Below, piece after piece: positions 10,600-23,149 of a DNA stretch of 64,000 bases. The notes below the pieces were generated by a model, which did no database searches, had not been told where the DNA came from, and saw nothing but the letters and a program-made list of their open reading frames with translations. The stretch is from positions 57,350,001 to 57,414,000 of the forward strand of contig CM060734.1 of NCBI GenBank assembly GCA_030704615.1, given 5' to 3'. A program made the position numbers and the translations under genes. Within the stretch, counting starts at the first letter, position 1, and each line of letters opens with the position of its first letter. Source of the DNA: Takakia lepidozioides. Its lineage: Eukaryota; Plantae; Bryophyta.

Positions 10600-13500
10600 T
10601 GTTGGTGTAACGTCCGAGAGGGCCATCATGCGAGAGGATGCAATGTCAACTCTGGCAGTGCTGCTCCCTATGTGGCTCTAATTGTGGAAGTGACACTGTG
10701 ATTGGTCAGAGAGAGAGCTTTTTATGGAAAGCCTACACTATCATTCCTCAGTAGGATTCGTGAAGAAGGAGCTGCCAAAGATCTTATCATCTGGTTCTGT
10801 TTGCATCCAGGTCAAGCAATAAAGAGAGAACAGCTCTGGCAGGAGTTCAAGTCAGATCCTTCGCAGTGGTGGGACAACAGGTCTGATAAGGTGAGGCCAT
10901 CTCTATGGTGTAATAATTTTTAGGGCTTTGACTAATCGCAATCAGATATTCGTCCCTCGAGCTGCCATCTTGGTTCTTACTGTTCAATTAGTTGGTTCTT
11001 AATGATTTGAAGTTGGTTGGTTAATTAATGTATCCCTTAGTTTGAAGCCATCCTTACGGAGCTTAGTGGTTGCAGCCTCCATATAATGCTGAGGTTCCAG
11101 CTGTCGCTGTTCAGATGCACACTGGTGGCTTTCACACAAAAGTCCAAGGTCACCAGACTTCAGATATAAGCGCACAAAGGAGGTCCTTTGGATTGAGAGT
11201 TGGTCGAACCCTATTGGGTGAAAACAGAGCTAGCTGCCATAGTACAAGCTCAAGCTCAAGCTGGTGACGGTTCTAATCTTTATGTATACCATGGAGCTCC
11301 AGACCAAGAATACAATGGGTATGTTCTTGATGATGATTCAAGGGTTCCCAATCAGACAGCTAAATTCAGAAAAAATTTCTCTCAAAGAAGCTGACTGCTG
11401 AAGTTTTGTAACTGTGTTAAGTTGTAGCAACCAGCCTGTTCTCATGATGATACTTTCTTTGACATATCTATGGATATTGCAATTTACTATGGCGGTCCTA
11501 AGTATTGAGTTTTGTAACTTAGAGTCCTGAGTCATGCAGGATGGCAGGGTTGAATCAGGCACAGTTCCCTTTCAGACACAGGGACAGCACGACCACCATC
11601 ACCAGTGCTTCTAACAGAGGACAAAGAGAGGAAATGACCAAAAACCCTGCTGGCATCTTTGGGGATGTGAGTACACAATGTAAGGAAGGACAACTGAAAG
11701 AGGTGCCGCACATTTTGAACCAGCAAGGCATTCAGGCAACTCCAATACTTTCGTGTCTCTGTTGCAGAAGTGCATAAACAAGAAAGACCTAGCCGAGGGA
11801 AAGCAGGTGCATTCCCACATTATCAAAAATGGATTCAAGCCAAACAGGTTTCTACTCAACACCCTTGTCAACATGTATGGCAAATGCGGGAGCGTGGTGG
11901 ATGCACGCCAAGTGTTTGACCAAATGCCTGAACGAGATATTTTCACATGGAATATGATGATAGCAGGATATGCCAAGCAGGGTTGTGGTTAGGAAGCTTT
12001 TGAGATCTATGAGCAAATGCAGCAGGAAGGGGTGATGTCCACCACAGTAACATTCATTTCAATTCTCAAGGTGTGTGGCAGCCTAGGAGCCTTGGGAAAG
12101 GGCAAAAAGGTCCACGCGGACATCATCGAAGCTGGAATTGTGCCAGATATAATTCTCGAGACTGCCCTTGCTGACATGTTTGCAAAATGTGGGAGCATGA
12201 GCAATGCATGTCAAGTATTCAACAATATGGCTAAACGAGACGTCGTGTCATGGAATGCCATGATTGCAGGATATGCTCAGCATGGGTGTGATACAGAGGC
12301 TTTCAAGATATATGAGCGATTGCAACAGGACGGGGTGACGCCTAACAGGGTCACGTTCATGTGCATTCTCAAGGCCTGTGCAAGCCTTGGAGACCTTGAA
12401 AAGGGCAAAGAGATTGATGCTGACATCCACAAAGCTGGAATTGCTTCATACGTTACTTTGGAGAAGACCCTTATTGACATGTATGCCAAATGTGGGAGCA
12501 TGAAGGATGCGCGTCAAGTGTTTGACAAAATGCCTAAGCGAGATGTGGTCTCATGGAGTTCAATGATCGCAGGATATGCTCAGCATGGGTGCGGTAGGGA
12601 GGCTCTCAAGATCTATGAGCAAATGCAGCAAGAAGGTGTGACACCCAACGAGGTCACGTTCATTTGCATTCTCAATGCGTGTGCCAGCCTGGGAGCCCTG
12701 GAAAAGGGCAAAGAGGTCCATACTGACATTAACAAAGCTGGGATTGCATCCTTTATAAATCTGGATACTGCCCTTGCTGACATGTATGCCAAATGCGGGA
12801 GCATGGAGGATGCATGTCGAGTCTTTGAAATTATGGCTCAACGAGATGTGGTCTCACGGAATGTCATGATCGCAGGATATGCTCAGCATGGGTGCAGAAG
12901 GGAGGCTCTCAAGATAGCAAATGCAACGGGAAGGGGTGACGCTTGACAGGGTCACATTCACTTGCGCTCTCAACGCGTGTGCCAGCCTAGGAGCCCTGAA
13001 AGAAGGGAAGCAGATCCATGCTGAATTCAAGAGAAGTGGAATTGCATCATATATTAATTTGGAGACATCCCTAGTTGACATGTATGCCAATTGTGGGAGC
13101 ATGAAGGATGGATGCACGGCAAGTGTTCGATAATATGGCTGAGCGAGATGTTGTCTCATGGAGTGCGATGATCACAGGATATGCTCAGCAGGGATGTGGT
13201 ACACTGGCTTTCAAGATCTACAAGCAAGGGGTCATACCCGACAGGGTCACATTCATTTGCATTCTCAATGCATGTGCCAGCCTAGGAGCCCTGGAAAAGG
13301 GCAAGCAGGTACATGCTGACATAAGCAAAACTGGAATTGCACCAGATATTAAACTGGAGAATACCCTTGTTGATATGTATGCCAAGTGCGGGAGCATAAA
13401 GGATGCGCAACATGTGTTTGACAGTATGGCTGAAAGAGATGTAGTCTCATGGAGCGTAATGATCGCAGGCTGTGCCCAGCATGGATGTGGTAGAGAGGCC

Positions 13501-14363
13501 TTGCGACTGTTTGAACAAATGCAGCAGAAAGGCTTGAAGCCCAACAGTATCACCTATATATCTCTTCTCTCTGCATGCAGCCATGTGGGCCTAGTGGATG
13601 AAGGCCTTCATTGCTTTGATGCCATGACCCGAGATCATGGCATCACTCCTACTTTTGAGCATTTTGGCTGCATGGTAGACCTGCTTGGCCGTGCAGGGCG
13701 ATTGGATGAGGCGGAGGACTTCATTAACAAAATGTCTATCAAACCACATGCTTTGGTGTGGCGGGCGTTGCTTCCGGCCTGCAGAATTCATGGCAATATG
13801 AAGCTAGCAGAACGTTCTGCAAAATGCCTTATTGAGAGTGATCCGCAGCACCCTGGAGCTTATGTGCTGCTATCAAACGTTTATGCTGAAGCTGGCAGGT
13901 GGGAGGATAAAGCACAGGTGAGGAAACTAATGGAATCCCGAGGTGTCATACAGGAGCCAGAGTGCAGCTCAATTGAAGTTGGCGACAGGGTCCATACATT
14001 TATGGTAGAAGATAATTTGCATCCCAAAATTGAGGAGATACATCTGAGCTCAAAAGATTGTCTGGCCTGATGAAGGAGGCAGGATACGTCCCTGAGACGC
14101 GGTTTGTTTTGCATGACGTGAAGGAGGAGCAAAAGGGACTTTCTTTTCTCCACCACAGTGAGAAACTGGCCATTGCTTTTGGACTGATCAGCACACCCCC
14201 CAGGACACCTATTCATGTCATCAAGAATGTTCGGGTGTGTGGTGACTGCCATACTGCCACCAAATTCATTTCGAAGATTGTCAACCGAACAGTTGTCGTA
14301 TGGGATGACAACCGCTTTCACCTCTTCCAAGATGGGGTTTGTTCTTGTGGAGATTACTGGTGA
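10600..14363 (+). pseudogene. PLS-class PPR-E-DYW RNA-editing factor pseudogene with an N-terminal OSB-type PDF motif
   Basis: Exon 10811-10890 (LWQEFKSDPSQWWDNRSDK), exon ~11138-11318 (KSPRSPDFRYKRTKEVLWI...WVK), then exon from 11540 with PLS triplets, E domain, PECSSIEV box, [16 protein letters not shown] and CSCGDYW*. Lesions: frameshifts near 11210, 11740, 12915, 13110 and 14045, and an in-frame TAG at 11990-11992. Confidence 0.85.
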
Positions 14364-17300
14364 AATGCTCAATATGTAATGACAGTATGTGGCTTCAAAC
14401 AGGGGGTGGAAAGGTGTAACTTGTCCCTCTTTCTGGAACAAAAGAATGGAACGCCACTGTCACTAATACACTTTGTATGATTTGCCCAAGATCCCAATTC
14501 AAGCCTCATAATCAAAGAGCACAAATGAACTCAGGGAACACCTAACAGTTACAATCCTGAGTTACAGGGTTGAAGTCTTACATCAAAAGAGATTGAAAGG
14601 GTGATCCCCATATTCTGGGCTCAAAGGGTCGTTGTCTCCTGTGGAGTTCTAGTAGGGTCGGTCTGCAGAAGACGAATTCATTTCTGCAAAAGTGGATCTT
14701 GCCTGCTGCGATTGCAAGTCAGGGTGCAGCAGCGAGTGTTGTCAAGACAGCATCGAATTTGAGGCGAAAATACTGGTATCGGGCTGGCAAGCTGTGAACT
14801 TCCTGAAAGTAAGCCCAGCTTGCTGATTGCACGCTCAAGTATGAGAGCGTGTGGCTCCCAAATGGATATTACACTCCCTAAACTTCACGAGAATCTTGTC
14901 ATAGAGTCTAAATCAGAAATCTCGGGGTTGATGTCTAATAGCCGTCACGGTGCCGAGATGAAAAGGGCTGGCCATGTTGTAAATGGCCGTCCTGGCCTAC
15001 ATCATCAGTGGAGAGATGAGTAGTGGGAAAGGAAGCTAGCATGAGTAGAGATTGTGTGCGGCAGGAGCACGTTGGTTGAAGGTGGAAAGTGCGGGCATTG
15101 TTGTGCTCGCGAGGATGCTGGGGGACAGCTGATGATCAGTGACAATGGAGAGTTGGAGGGGAACAGCCCTGCGTTGGGCGTGCATCGATACCGTGCCCGT
15201 GATCGAAACATTTGTCCTGAACATTCGGTGGATAATAGCCTTAGTGAAGCTGCGTCCCAGTCTGCATGCGGCGTGTCCCTGTTCTCTCTTTTCAACTAAC
15301 CCTCTCTACGTAGGCCAGGCCCCTCGAACTGCAAGCTGTCGTTCTCCCCTGTCTCGTGCTCCGCAGGCGGCATGTGCAGCTCATATGTGGGCGAATAACG
15401 AGTCCAAAGGGACCGGGCGGAGCATTGATGTGGTCGTATGGGATAGAGCTGGTGAGCAGGACTGCCTCCTGCTCCTGGATGGGTTCACGATTCTGTACCG
15501 TGCCTACTACAAGCTGATGGCCAAGGCGGGATACAGTGGGGTCAAGGACATGGGTTCTGAAGAAGAATGGGTTCGCACTGTTTTCACTTCTCTTTCGACG
15601 ATACTGAGTTTGTTGGAAGTGAAGCCTACTCACCTCGCAGCTGTCTTCGATTATAAGGGACTAACGTTTAGGCATACCCTGTACGCGGGTTACAAGAGTG
15701 GTCGCCCTGTCACTCCAGAGACGGTGGTTCAAGCACACGAACGTTTGAGACCCTTGCTGCGTGCAATGGGCATCACTGTCATTGAAGTTCCAGGTGTGGA
15801 AGCTGACGACGTTATTGCAACCATAGCACTGAAAGCCACGGCTGCCGGCATGAAGGTCCGCATAGCATCGCCTGACAAAGATTTCTTCCAGATATTGTCT
15901 CCGCCTCTGCGGCTTCTTAGATTTGCTCCTCGTGGTTCTGAGATAGTGTCATTTGGCGTGGAAGAATTCGGTGAGAGGTTTGGCAATCTCCAACCATCAC
16001 AGTTTGTGGATGTCTTGGCCCTTGTAGGTGACACTGCCGATAGTGTCCCCGGGCTTTTAGGGATTGGTGAAAAAACTGCCATTAAGCTCATTCAGCAATT
16101 TGGGTCCCTAGAAAGCTTGCTAGAGAAACGGGAGACAGTCACTCTAAAGCGAGCTCGGACAAGCTTATTGCTTGACACTGGGGGAGCTCTTCTAAGTAAG
16201 CGCCTCATTACATTGAGGGTCGACGTTCCCGATTTTATGATTCCCTACACACTGTCCAGTCTTGCCTGTCGGACACCAGAGGATGGTGGTGACCAATTCA
16301 TCAAGCTGCTTGAAGCCCTGGGTTCCAACGGGGATGCTTCCATCTCTCTTGATCTGCAGGGCCGGACTATGGAGTTGTGGAGGATCTGGTCAATGTTGAT
16401 TTGCTAAGTATCATCATTTTCATCACACCCCACTGGATCCCCAATGACCATCACCATGACCATCTTGAAGGGCCACGGAAGGTAGTCCGGACACTCCTGT
16501 GCATGTAAACAGGCTTTCATGCTCATGTAAACAAGTCTTGAGCTGGAGCATCCTAACATTATGAAGCGGGAAGCTGCCAACCTAAAACATCCCCAAAAGG
16601 CTGTTCTTGTACGTTTCTAATTTCTTTCCTTTTAGATTTGCAAGAGTAGATTGCCAATGTGACAGAGTCAGTCCCTCATAGTCAGACAGAGCTGGCATTG
16701 GTCTATTGGAAAATCATAGAATAGTAGCAGGTTAGATGTGACTGCATTGTTGCATTTTGATCATTTGAGTGAGCTTCTAAATCGTGGATAATGAAATGTC
16801 TATATTGTCATGATGTCAAATGTCGGTTGTTAAGAAAGGTCCAGTGAATGTGGGGTTTGGATTCTAAAAAGAGGTGGTAGGAATGAACGCACGGGGGCTT
16901 GGGTACTGGAACCTTCTATGTCTGCGCTAGGAATGAAGCAGCACACGTGGTTTTCTTAGTGAAAATGCTCCAGATCAGAGCTCATGGTTTGAAGTGTGTG
17001 GGGCTTGTTGGTGGGACCAGGGATGCAGTTGATGTGCACTGTGGATAGCCAAGGAAGTAATGTCAACTGTTATCGACTCTTGTTTTGTGTCCTACCAGTT
17101 TTCGAGTTAAATTGCTGGTCGGGCGAGGCCATTGTTACTGAAAACATTGGATGCTCAAGTAGTGGTGTTACATAATGCTCCAACTTTATTTCTGGGGATC
17201 AGTGTCCAGCAAGCTCTTCTCCTTCAACAAGCATTGGGCTGCATAAGGCAAATGTCTTCATGCTACAAGACATTCAACTGGCATCAAACTGATGCTTGGA

Positions 17301-17490
17301 CAATTATACATCATCGGATCATTATGGTTTATGTTTTATTAGAGTGAAGAGATTGTTTCCTTGAAGTGCATCATATTGCAGAGTATATGCTGACATTGTC
17401 TGTGACTGCTGACAGACTCCTACTCTCATCCTGAGACGTTTGTTGTGGGTGCTTGAAGATCCATTTTGGCCCTTTGGGACTCTCTGTATG
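14311..17490. repeat. Right arm of the inverted duplication
   Basis: Reverse complement of 9064-9226 plus 1681-4968. Contains the empty retrotransposon target site TCACTAATA at 14460-14468. Confidence 0.95.
15145..16407 (+). CDS. OEX1: Organellar 5'-3' exonuclease/flap endonuclease (OEX1-like), intronless copy 2
   Basis: Uninterrupted ~420-aa ORF with the same motifs as copy 1 (DG, FD, EADD, DKD, GDTAD). First ATG at 15145. Confidence 0.85.
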   Translation: MESWRGTALRWACIDTVPVIETFVLNIRWIIALVKLRPSLHAACPCSLFSTNPLYVGQAPRTASCRSPLSRAPQAACAAHMWANNESKGTGRSIDVVVWDRAGEQDCLLLLDGFTILYRAYYKLMAKAGYSGVKDMGSEEEWVRTVFTSLSTILSLLEVKPTHLAAVFDYKGLTFRHTLYAGYKSGRPVTPETVVQAHERLRPLLRAMGITVIEVPGVEADDVIATIALKATAAGMKVRIASPDKDFFQILSPPLRLLRFAPRGSEIVSFGVEEFGERFGNLQPSQFVDVLALVGDTADSVPGLLGIGEKTAIKLIQQFGSLESLLEKRETVTLKRARTSLLLDTGGALLSKRLITLRVDVPDFMIPYTLSSLACRTPEDGGDQFIKLLEALGSNGDASISLDLQGRTMELWRIWSMLIC

Positions 17491-17584
17491 TGCAGACATG
17501 AGCTGGCTTGGAGGTAGATGTCGATGTGTCTCTTCTCTCCACTGCTTATGGTCTAGCCAACAATCTTACAAGCCTGAGTAGACC

Positions 17585-18045
17585 GGCTTGCTTGTAGAGC
17601 TTGGGCAGAGGTTTGGGTTGACGGTCATTTATCGATTGACCTGCTGCAAGAAACAAAAATATCTTTCCAATGAAACCCGCCCAATGTCCATGTCCAGGCG
17701 CAGAAAGGTGTGTTTTTGTGACATGGCCTCATGATACCTAGGGGGGAGCCTGAGGAGATGGTTGGGGGGGAAGGGCAGGCTGGGGTAGCTGGCGGGGATG
17801 ACCCCAGGTGAGAAGTCTCAATTTTCCTTGACACCGTCTGGGCACAGTATTAAACCCTCAGTGACTTAGAAGAGCTGTTGATTGATGGTTGTGTTGGAAG
17901 TTTGGATTGTTAACCATTATGAAGCCTGTTGAAGGACTCGGAATTAGGACCAATGAGAAACTATTTCCTGACAGCCCACGAGCACCGTGCACTATGAAAT
18001 AGGCAGCCACAGTGCTTTCTTTGGTGGGGTGAAGCTGACAATGTT
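17585..18045. repeat. Direct-orientation copy of ~1129-1590
   Basis: ggcttgcttgtagagcttgggcagag...gaagc(c/t)gacaatgtt is collinear on the same strand in both places. Confidence 0.9.
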
Positions 18046-18111
18046 TAGATGCAGGACTGAGGGCATCATAACTCATCTGAACGTTCCATCAACCCAAAGG
18101 TTTTGGGTATA

Positions 18112-18290
18112 CAGTCTGCCCTGGATAAATGTTACCTCTATAAACGTTAAACTACCATAAATGTTAAGAAAAATTTACTCCCCTACTTGTGCACACTAGC
18201 AAACCTCAAGTGTTATTTGTTAACAATTGTTTACTTCCCTCTTTGTTAATTTGCCTTCAATAAATGTTAAGTGCACCATAAAGACTTCAG
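18112..18290 (+). mobile_element. Possible pogo/Tc1-mariner-type terminus; a similar one lies at 22576
   Basis: TA-CAGTCTGCCCTGGATAAATGTTACCT at 18110 and TA-CAGTCAACCATGGATAAATGTTACCT at 22574, with repeated ATAAATGTTA sub-motifs. No matching opposite end found. Confidence 0.35.
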
Positions 18291-19134
18291 CTAACAGGAG
18301 ATATGCTCCATAATTATAAATTCGAAACTAGACTAGATTATGATAAGATTGCATCCTACAACATAACCAATCAGAAGACTAGAAAATAAGCAGGAGGTAA
18401 TACTAAAGTGATCAGATCAGTAGCCAATACCTTGATACAAGGAGTGTATGTTCATATGTTCCACATTTCGATACTTGACATGGAGGTTGTTTTCGAGAGA
18501 CTAGACCACATATGTGGTAATTGCAGTCGTGTTAGATGTTTTGCAAGTATATGGTAAATACAATGATTAATAATTATTTAATAATCGGATATGCTATGGA
18601 CTGAGCTGCATTTGAAATGAACACACAATATGTGCATGTGAAATGAACGCATATGCAGCCTCGACATTTTCTCATCACTCTCACTCTCTAACTATGTTGC
18701 ACAATAAACGAAAGGTTGAAAGTGGGGAGCTAGCCACTCTACAGGTTCCGGTGCATGCGGATAGAGCCCACGCGTGAAAGGGGGCAGTATCTGCAAGGGG
18801 AAGAGGCTCTCATTTACATTAGCTTCGTTGGCGTCATATACCTATATATGTTGCACATTCCTCTACTTCACCACAAAACTGTTCAGAATGTTCAATTTTT
18901 AATTAAAAAATGTGGACTCTTGTGGAAGCAAGCATCACTCATGACCCCAAAGGTGGACACATTCCTGACATTCAAAACATATGTAGTTTAAACCTACAAC
19001 CCCTTGTGAAATGGTATCATGCCATAACCATGTTCGGCTATAGTTTATTGAAAGTGGGTGCAACTTTACCCTCCATTGCTCAAGGGCCCTATTCGAAAAC
19101 CAGACAAATATTGAGGTGTTAAGAGCCACCTTAA

Positions 19135-20031
19135 CTCTTAAAGGACGAGCTAACTTTTGGCAGTTTTCCCAAAAACCAATATATATCCTGCATTTCCTAC
19201 CCATAACTTCCTACCCCCATACATCCACGTGGATGAATCGTTCCATCTCATCCCTACCGACGACATGAACTTGCTCAGAAAATTGCAGCAGATTTGACCG
19301 TTCCATTTACGAGAGTATAACAAAAGAAAAAGGCCAAAGTTGAAACCAAAGCCAAAACAGGAGAACAAAAATTGCTTTGGCCATGCATGTTTGGTGATTT
19401 GCTAAATTTTCTTGGTTGAATGGCCTCCACATTCTGAAAACGGGGCAAATAACAGATCATCTCCCAAAATTTCAGACCGAAATTGCCAAAATATGGGGGG
19501 CTGCTTTGTATGTGAGTTTTTTTTTTTTTTTTTTTTTGGGGGGTGGGGATTGGATTCAGGTTACTCTACTTATCCAAAGTACTATTCTGAATCGAGATTC
19601 ACGCGGTCGGTATATGCTGCCCCCAATGCAAAGGCCCTTGCCAAAAAAAAAATTGTTTCTAAGGGAATTTACAAGGTGGATGGGGCATTTGGGCAAATTT
19701 CCGGCCAATGCCAATTCAGGCACTTGGGTGCGGGACGGGCGGGTTCTCCAGCCACTTTGGTGGGCCCCGCCGCCAATGCCCGGAGATATCTTTGGCCCGG
19801 CCCGTGGCAGGTCAAACTACCGGGACACTCTGAAAACCAAGCAAATCCTGCACCCCCACACACTTGGAAAAATCTGGCATGCACGGTATTTACTCAAATG
19901 AAGCGCTGTTTGTTTGGAGCGTGTAGAGGACAGCGGGGGCCAACTTTTCCATTCAGACGACACTTCGATCCGACTTCATCCGCGGAAACTACGCCCTGGA
20001 TGAAAAATGACATCGCGTCGTCGTTTAGGGG
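19135..20031. mobile_element. Non-autonomous piggyBac-like element (TTAA TSD)
   Basis: TTAA|CTCTTAAAGGACGA ... TCGTCGTTTAGGGG|TTAA. Imperfect TIR. A related left end at 31904 has the canonical CCCCTAAAGGACGAGC. Confidence 0.65.
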
Positions 20032-20267
20032 TTAAGAGCTTGGTCAATCGATGATGCCAATGCATTTTCGTTAGGATCCATTAGTGTCAAACAAATATAC
20101 TCTTTGTCTTTCATAGAAATATAGGTTGAAGTAGACTTTTTCTATATAATTCAAGGTATTGATGTGTTCTGTTTTCAAATGACTTTTAATTTAGCTAGAG
20201 AACTTCTATATTGTGTCAGTTTAGGAATGACATTTAAATGGATTAATATTGTTGTGGATGTTAATAT

Positions 20268-20632
20268 CAGTGTTGGGCGGTTATTTGAATTTCTCTCTAA
20301 TACCCGGTGGTTACCTATCCGATTATATGTATATATGACCGGCGGAGGTGAAAATATGAAGTAACCGGTCCAGTTAGGAACCGGCGGAGGTCACGCATTC
20401 AAATAACCGAGCAAAAAACCTCTTAAAGAACTGCCCAATACCCGCGATTTATTTGATGAAAACTGCCGGTTATTTGAGGTTTTTGCAAGTAACCGTAATG
20501 GCATGTTATATCTAGCCATAAAAAATTTAATAACTGCAACCGCAGGTTAATAGTTTTCTAAAATTTGAAGCAACCGGAACAAAGCAAACCGAAGCAAACC
20601 CTTGAAAAAAATCAAATAACCGCCCAACACTG
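20268..20632. mobile_element. hAT-type MITE
   Basis: Perfect 21-bp TIR CAGTGTTGGGCGGTTATTTGA, perfect 8-bp TSD GTTAATAT, and AACCG/CGGTT subterminal motifs. Confidence 0.92.
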
Positions 20633-20991
20633 GTTAATATCTCATCTAATATATTAACAAGAATATATCACACATTTTAGTACATATTTGAGCTATAAAC
20701 ATATAAAAAATATACAAAAAGTGGGTTTAGGAGTGCCATCATTTAAGTGGGGATTAGTATTACGTTGGATGTTGATATTTATTAATAAAAGCGTATAGCA
20801 TATTTAAATATAAGAAGCCATACATATCTAATATATATCAAGTTCATACTAAATATTAATCGAATTACTCATCATAATATTACTCTATATATTTGAAGTT
20901 CACAAGCAGACTGAGCATACTAACCTTGAAAATCCACCAACAGTACTTGTCCAACATTAACAAAATATGCCATTTCTCTCTTTTGCAGACT

Positions 20992-21555
20992 CACTACAGC
21001 AAAGGGGGGGGGGGTTTTTGCGACGCCCCCACGCCCCGCGCGGCGCTGATCTCGCGACGCCGAGCCTGCGGCGCTTTTTTGCGACGCCCTGGCGTCGCAA
21101 TCCCCTGCTGCGACACCATTGTGATGCCCAGCCGTCGTAAGGTGGCATGAAGGGGGAAAGAGGACCCTTGCTGCAACGGATTTTTTTTCTTGCGACGCCG
21201 TCACTGAGGGCGCCCCAGCGCCTCTGCGACGCCGCGACATTGCAACAACATCACCACAATGAGAGATTTTTTTTTTTTGGCTTTGCGGCCTTCAACTTCA
21301 CAAAAGCATCGTTGAGCTTGAGTCATCACAAGGACGTCGCTTAGGGCGCCTAGCCGTGGGAGGGTGCAACAACAACAACGACATTGGGGCTGGGGTTGGG
21401 GCTGGGCACTAAGGTTGTAGAGGTTGCAACTCCCAGGCGTCACAAGAGAGACCTCCTTAGAAGGAACTTGAAGGAAATCTTCATATGTATATATATATTT
21501 AGATTGCTTTTGTGATACATAGATGTAGCGTAGGTGTGTTGGTTAGTCTGTAGTG
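20992..21555. mobile_element. CACTA-type non-autonomous element or terminus
   Basis: Starts CACTACAG, followed by many GCGACGCC subterminal repeats in both orientations. Possible right end CTGTAGTG at 21548-21555. 3-bp flanks are imperfect (ACT/TCT). Confidence 0.55.
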
Positions 21556-22724
21556 TCTTAGAAATGTTATAAGTTATAAGTCTTAAGTTATAAGTTATAA
21601 GTCTTAAGTTTTTTTCTGGCTTCTATTTTGGTAGTTCAAGCAATGGTGGAAAAATTGCTTTGAATATCTGCAAGTGTGACCCATGGTGAATTTGATCGGG
21701 ACGATGGTGGTAAAATTGTTTCCATGTGTATAATGTGAGCCAAGAAAGGAAAGAAACCAATGAAAATGGGTGACATGTGACAAATCTCCAACTAACTTTG
21801 TGATTTCCGTATGAAATAGTGGGTATCCTAAAATTTATTTTTACTCAATTATATGTCTATATGTCTCGTACATGGACACGCCATCACACTCTTTGTGTGC
21901 CACCCACAAGCACTTATAACATATATTCGACTAATATATATTGGGCACTCTTGATGCATACCTTTGTCATAGTCATTATTTTCATACTTTTTAATATCTT
22001 CTAAATATTTTTTTCTATTTTTAATCCTTAAAAAGAAAATGGGGGTGGATGCACATGGCTCAAGCTGATAAGTATTTTAATGATAAGTACTATTCAACAT
22101 GGGTGGAACGTGCTCCTCTGTCAATCATCACTGCTGGTGCATTGCCGCAACACTCATATCCCAAGAGAAAACCTCAAGCTATCTTACAAGTACACTACAC
22201 CCTTCCTTCGTCTCATGCACAGATTCACAGCTATCACATCACTTACAGCCATAATTCTAAGCAAATCACATATTGAAAATGGCCAGCTCGCCGCTTCGCA
22301 ACTACTTTATGTTTGATAGAGCCCATCCGTGAGAGGGGCAGCATCCGCAAGGGGAAGAGACTCTCGGCACAACACACCATTCAATGCCTTGACACGGTGT
22401 AAGGTCCTTTGACCACATTTTCTTTATCGACTTCAACATGATGCTTAGTCTCTCTCTACAAGAGAGCCAACAACTTTTTAATGCAACGCATTGTGATAAA
22501 TAATCAATAATGGACTCCTAATAAGAAAATTAAACTTTTTTCTCATGTTTATCTTGTGGCTTCATGTAGGTGATACAGTCAACCATGGATAAATGTTACC
22601 TATTTTTTGTTTTTTTTGTTATATCATCATAAATGTGATGATTTTCGTACTTTGTAAAAATGCACAGTAAGAATGACAAAAAGAGTGTTATTTGTTATTG
22701 AATTCCTACTTTCCTCTGTGTTAA

Positions 22725-23149
22725 CCCTTAACTTCCTATGGAACCCATTTCGGGTTTCATAGAACATGATATATATTAACGTAACTCTTAATATTTTTAG
22801 GTCGTTTCTTCAACATGACCTCACAACATGGCAGATAATCTCAATTGGCAATATGTCATTTGGAGAAAGTCTGCCATGAAGTTAAAAGCCTTCAAATTAG
22901 TTGGTCAAGGCTAAAAAACCATGTTTTCAAAAACAGAAACAGATAATCCATCCTCTCTAAAACCATATAATCTCTCATATTTGATGGTGAAACAAGTTCA
23001 TTTTTGGTGAGTGCATGCAGGTGCCAGGTGCGTACCTACATGTAAGGTCCATTTTTCTGGATGATTTTTGATAGGTAGTTAGCCTCATTTTATTGGGCAT
23101 GGGTAGTAATTGTTAGGTGTCAAAAAATGAACCATGTAGAAGTTAAGGG
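22725..23149. mobile_element. piggyBac-like MITE (TTAA TSD)
   Basis: TTAA|CCCTTAACTTC ... GAAGTTAAGGG|TTAA: an 11-bp perfect TIR that extends imperfectly inward. Confidence 0.8.

Noticed and set aside
11990-11992. In-frame TAG rescued by U-to-C editing or readthrough
   Set aside because: This is a nuclear gene, and several independent frameshifts show ordinary pseudogenisation.
13950-14363. DYW:KP (U-to-C) type domain
   Set aside because: It has a PG-box-like PECSSIEV, HSEKLA and a terminal DYW, which is the canonical C-to-U type.
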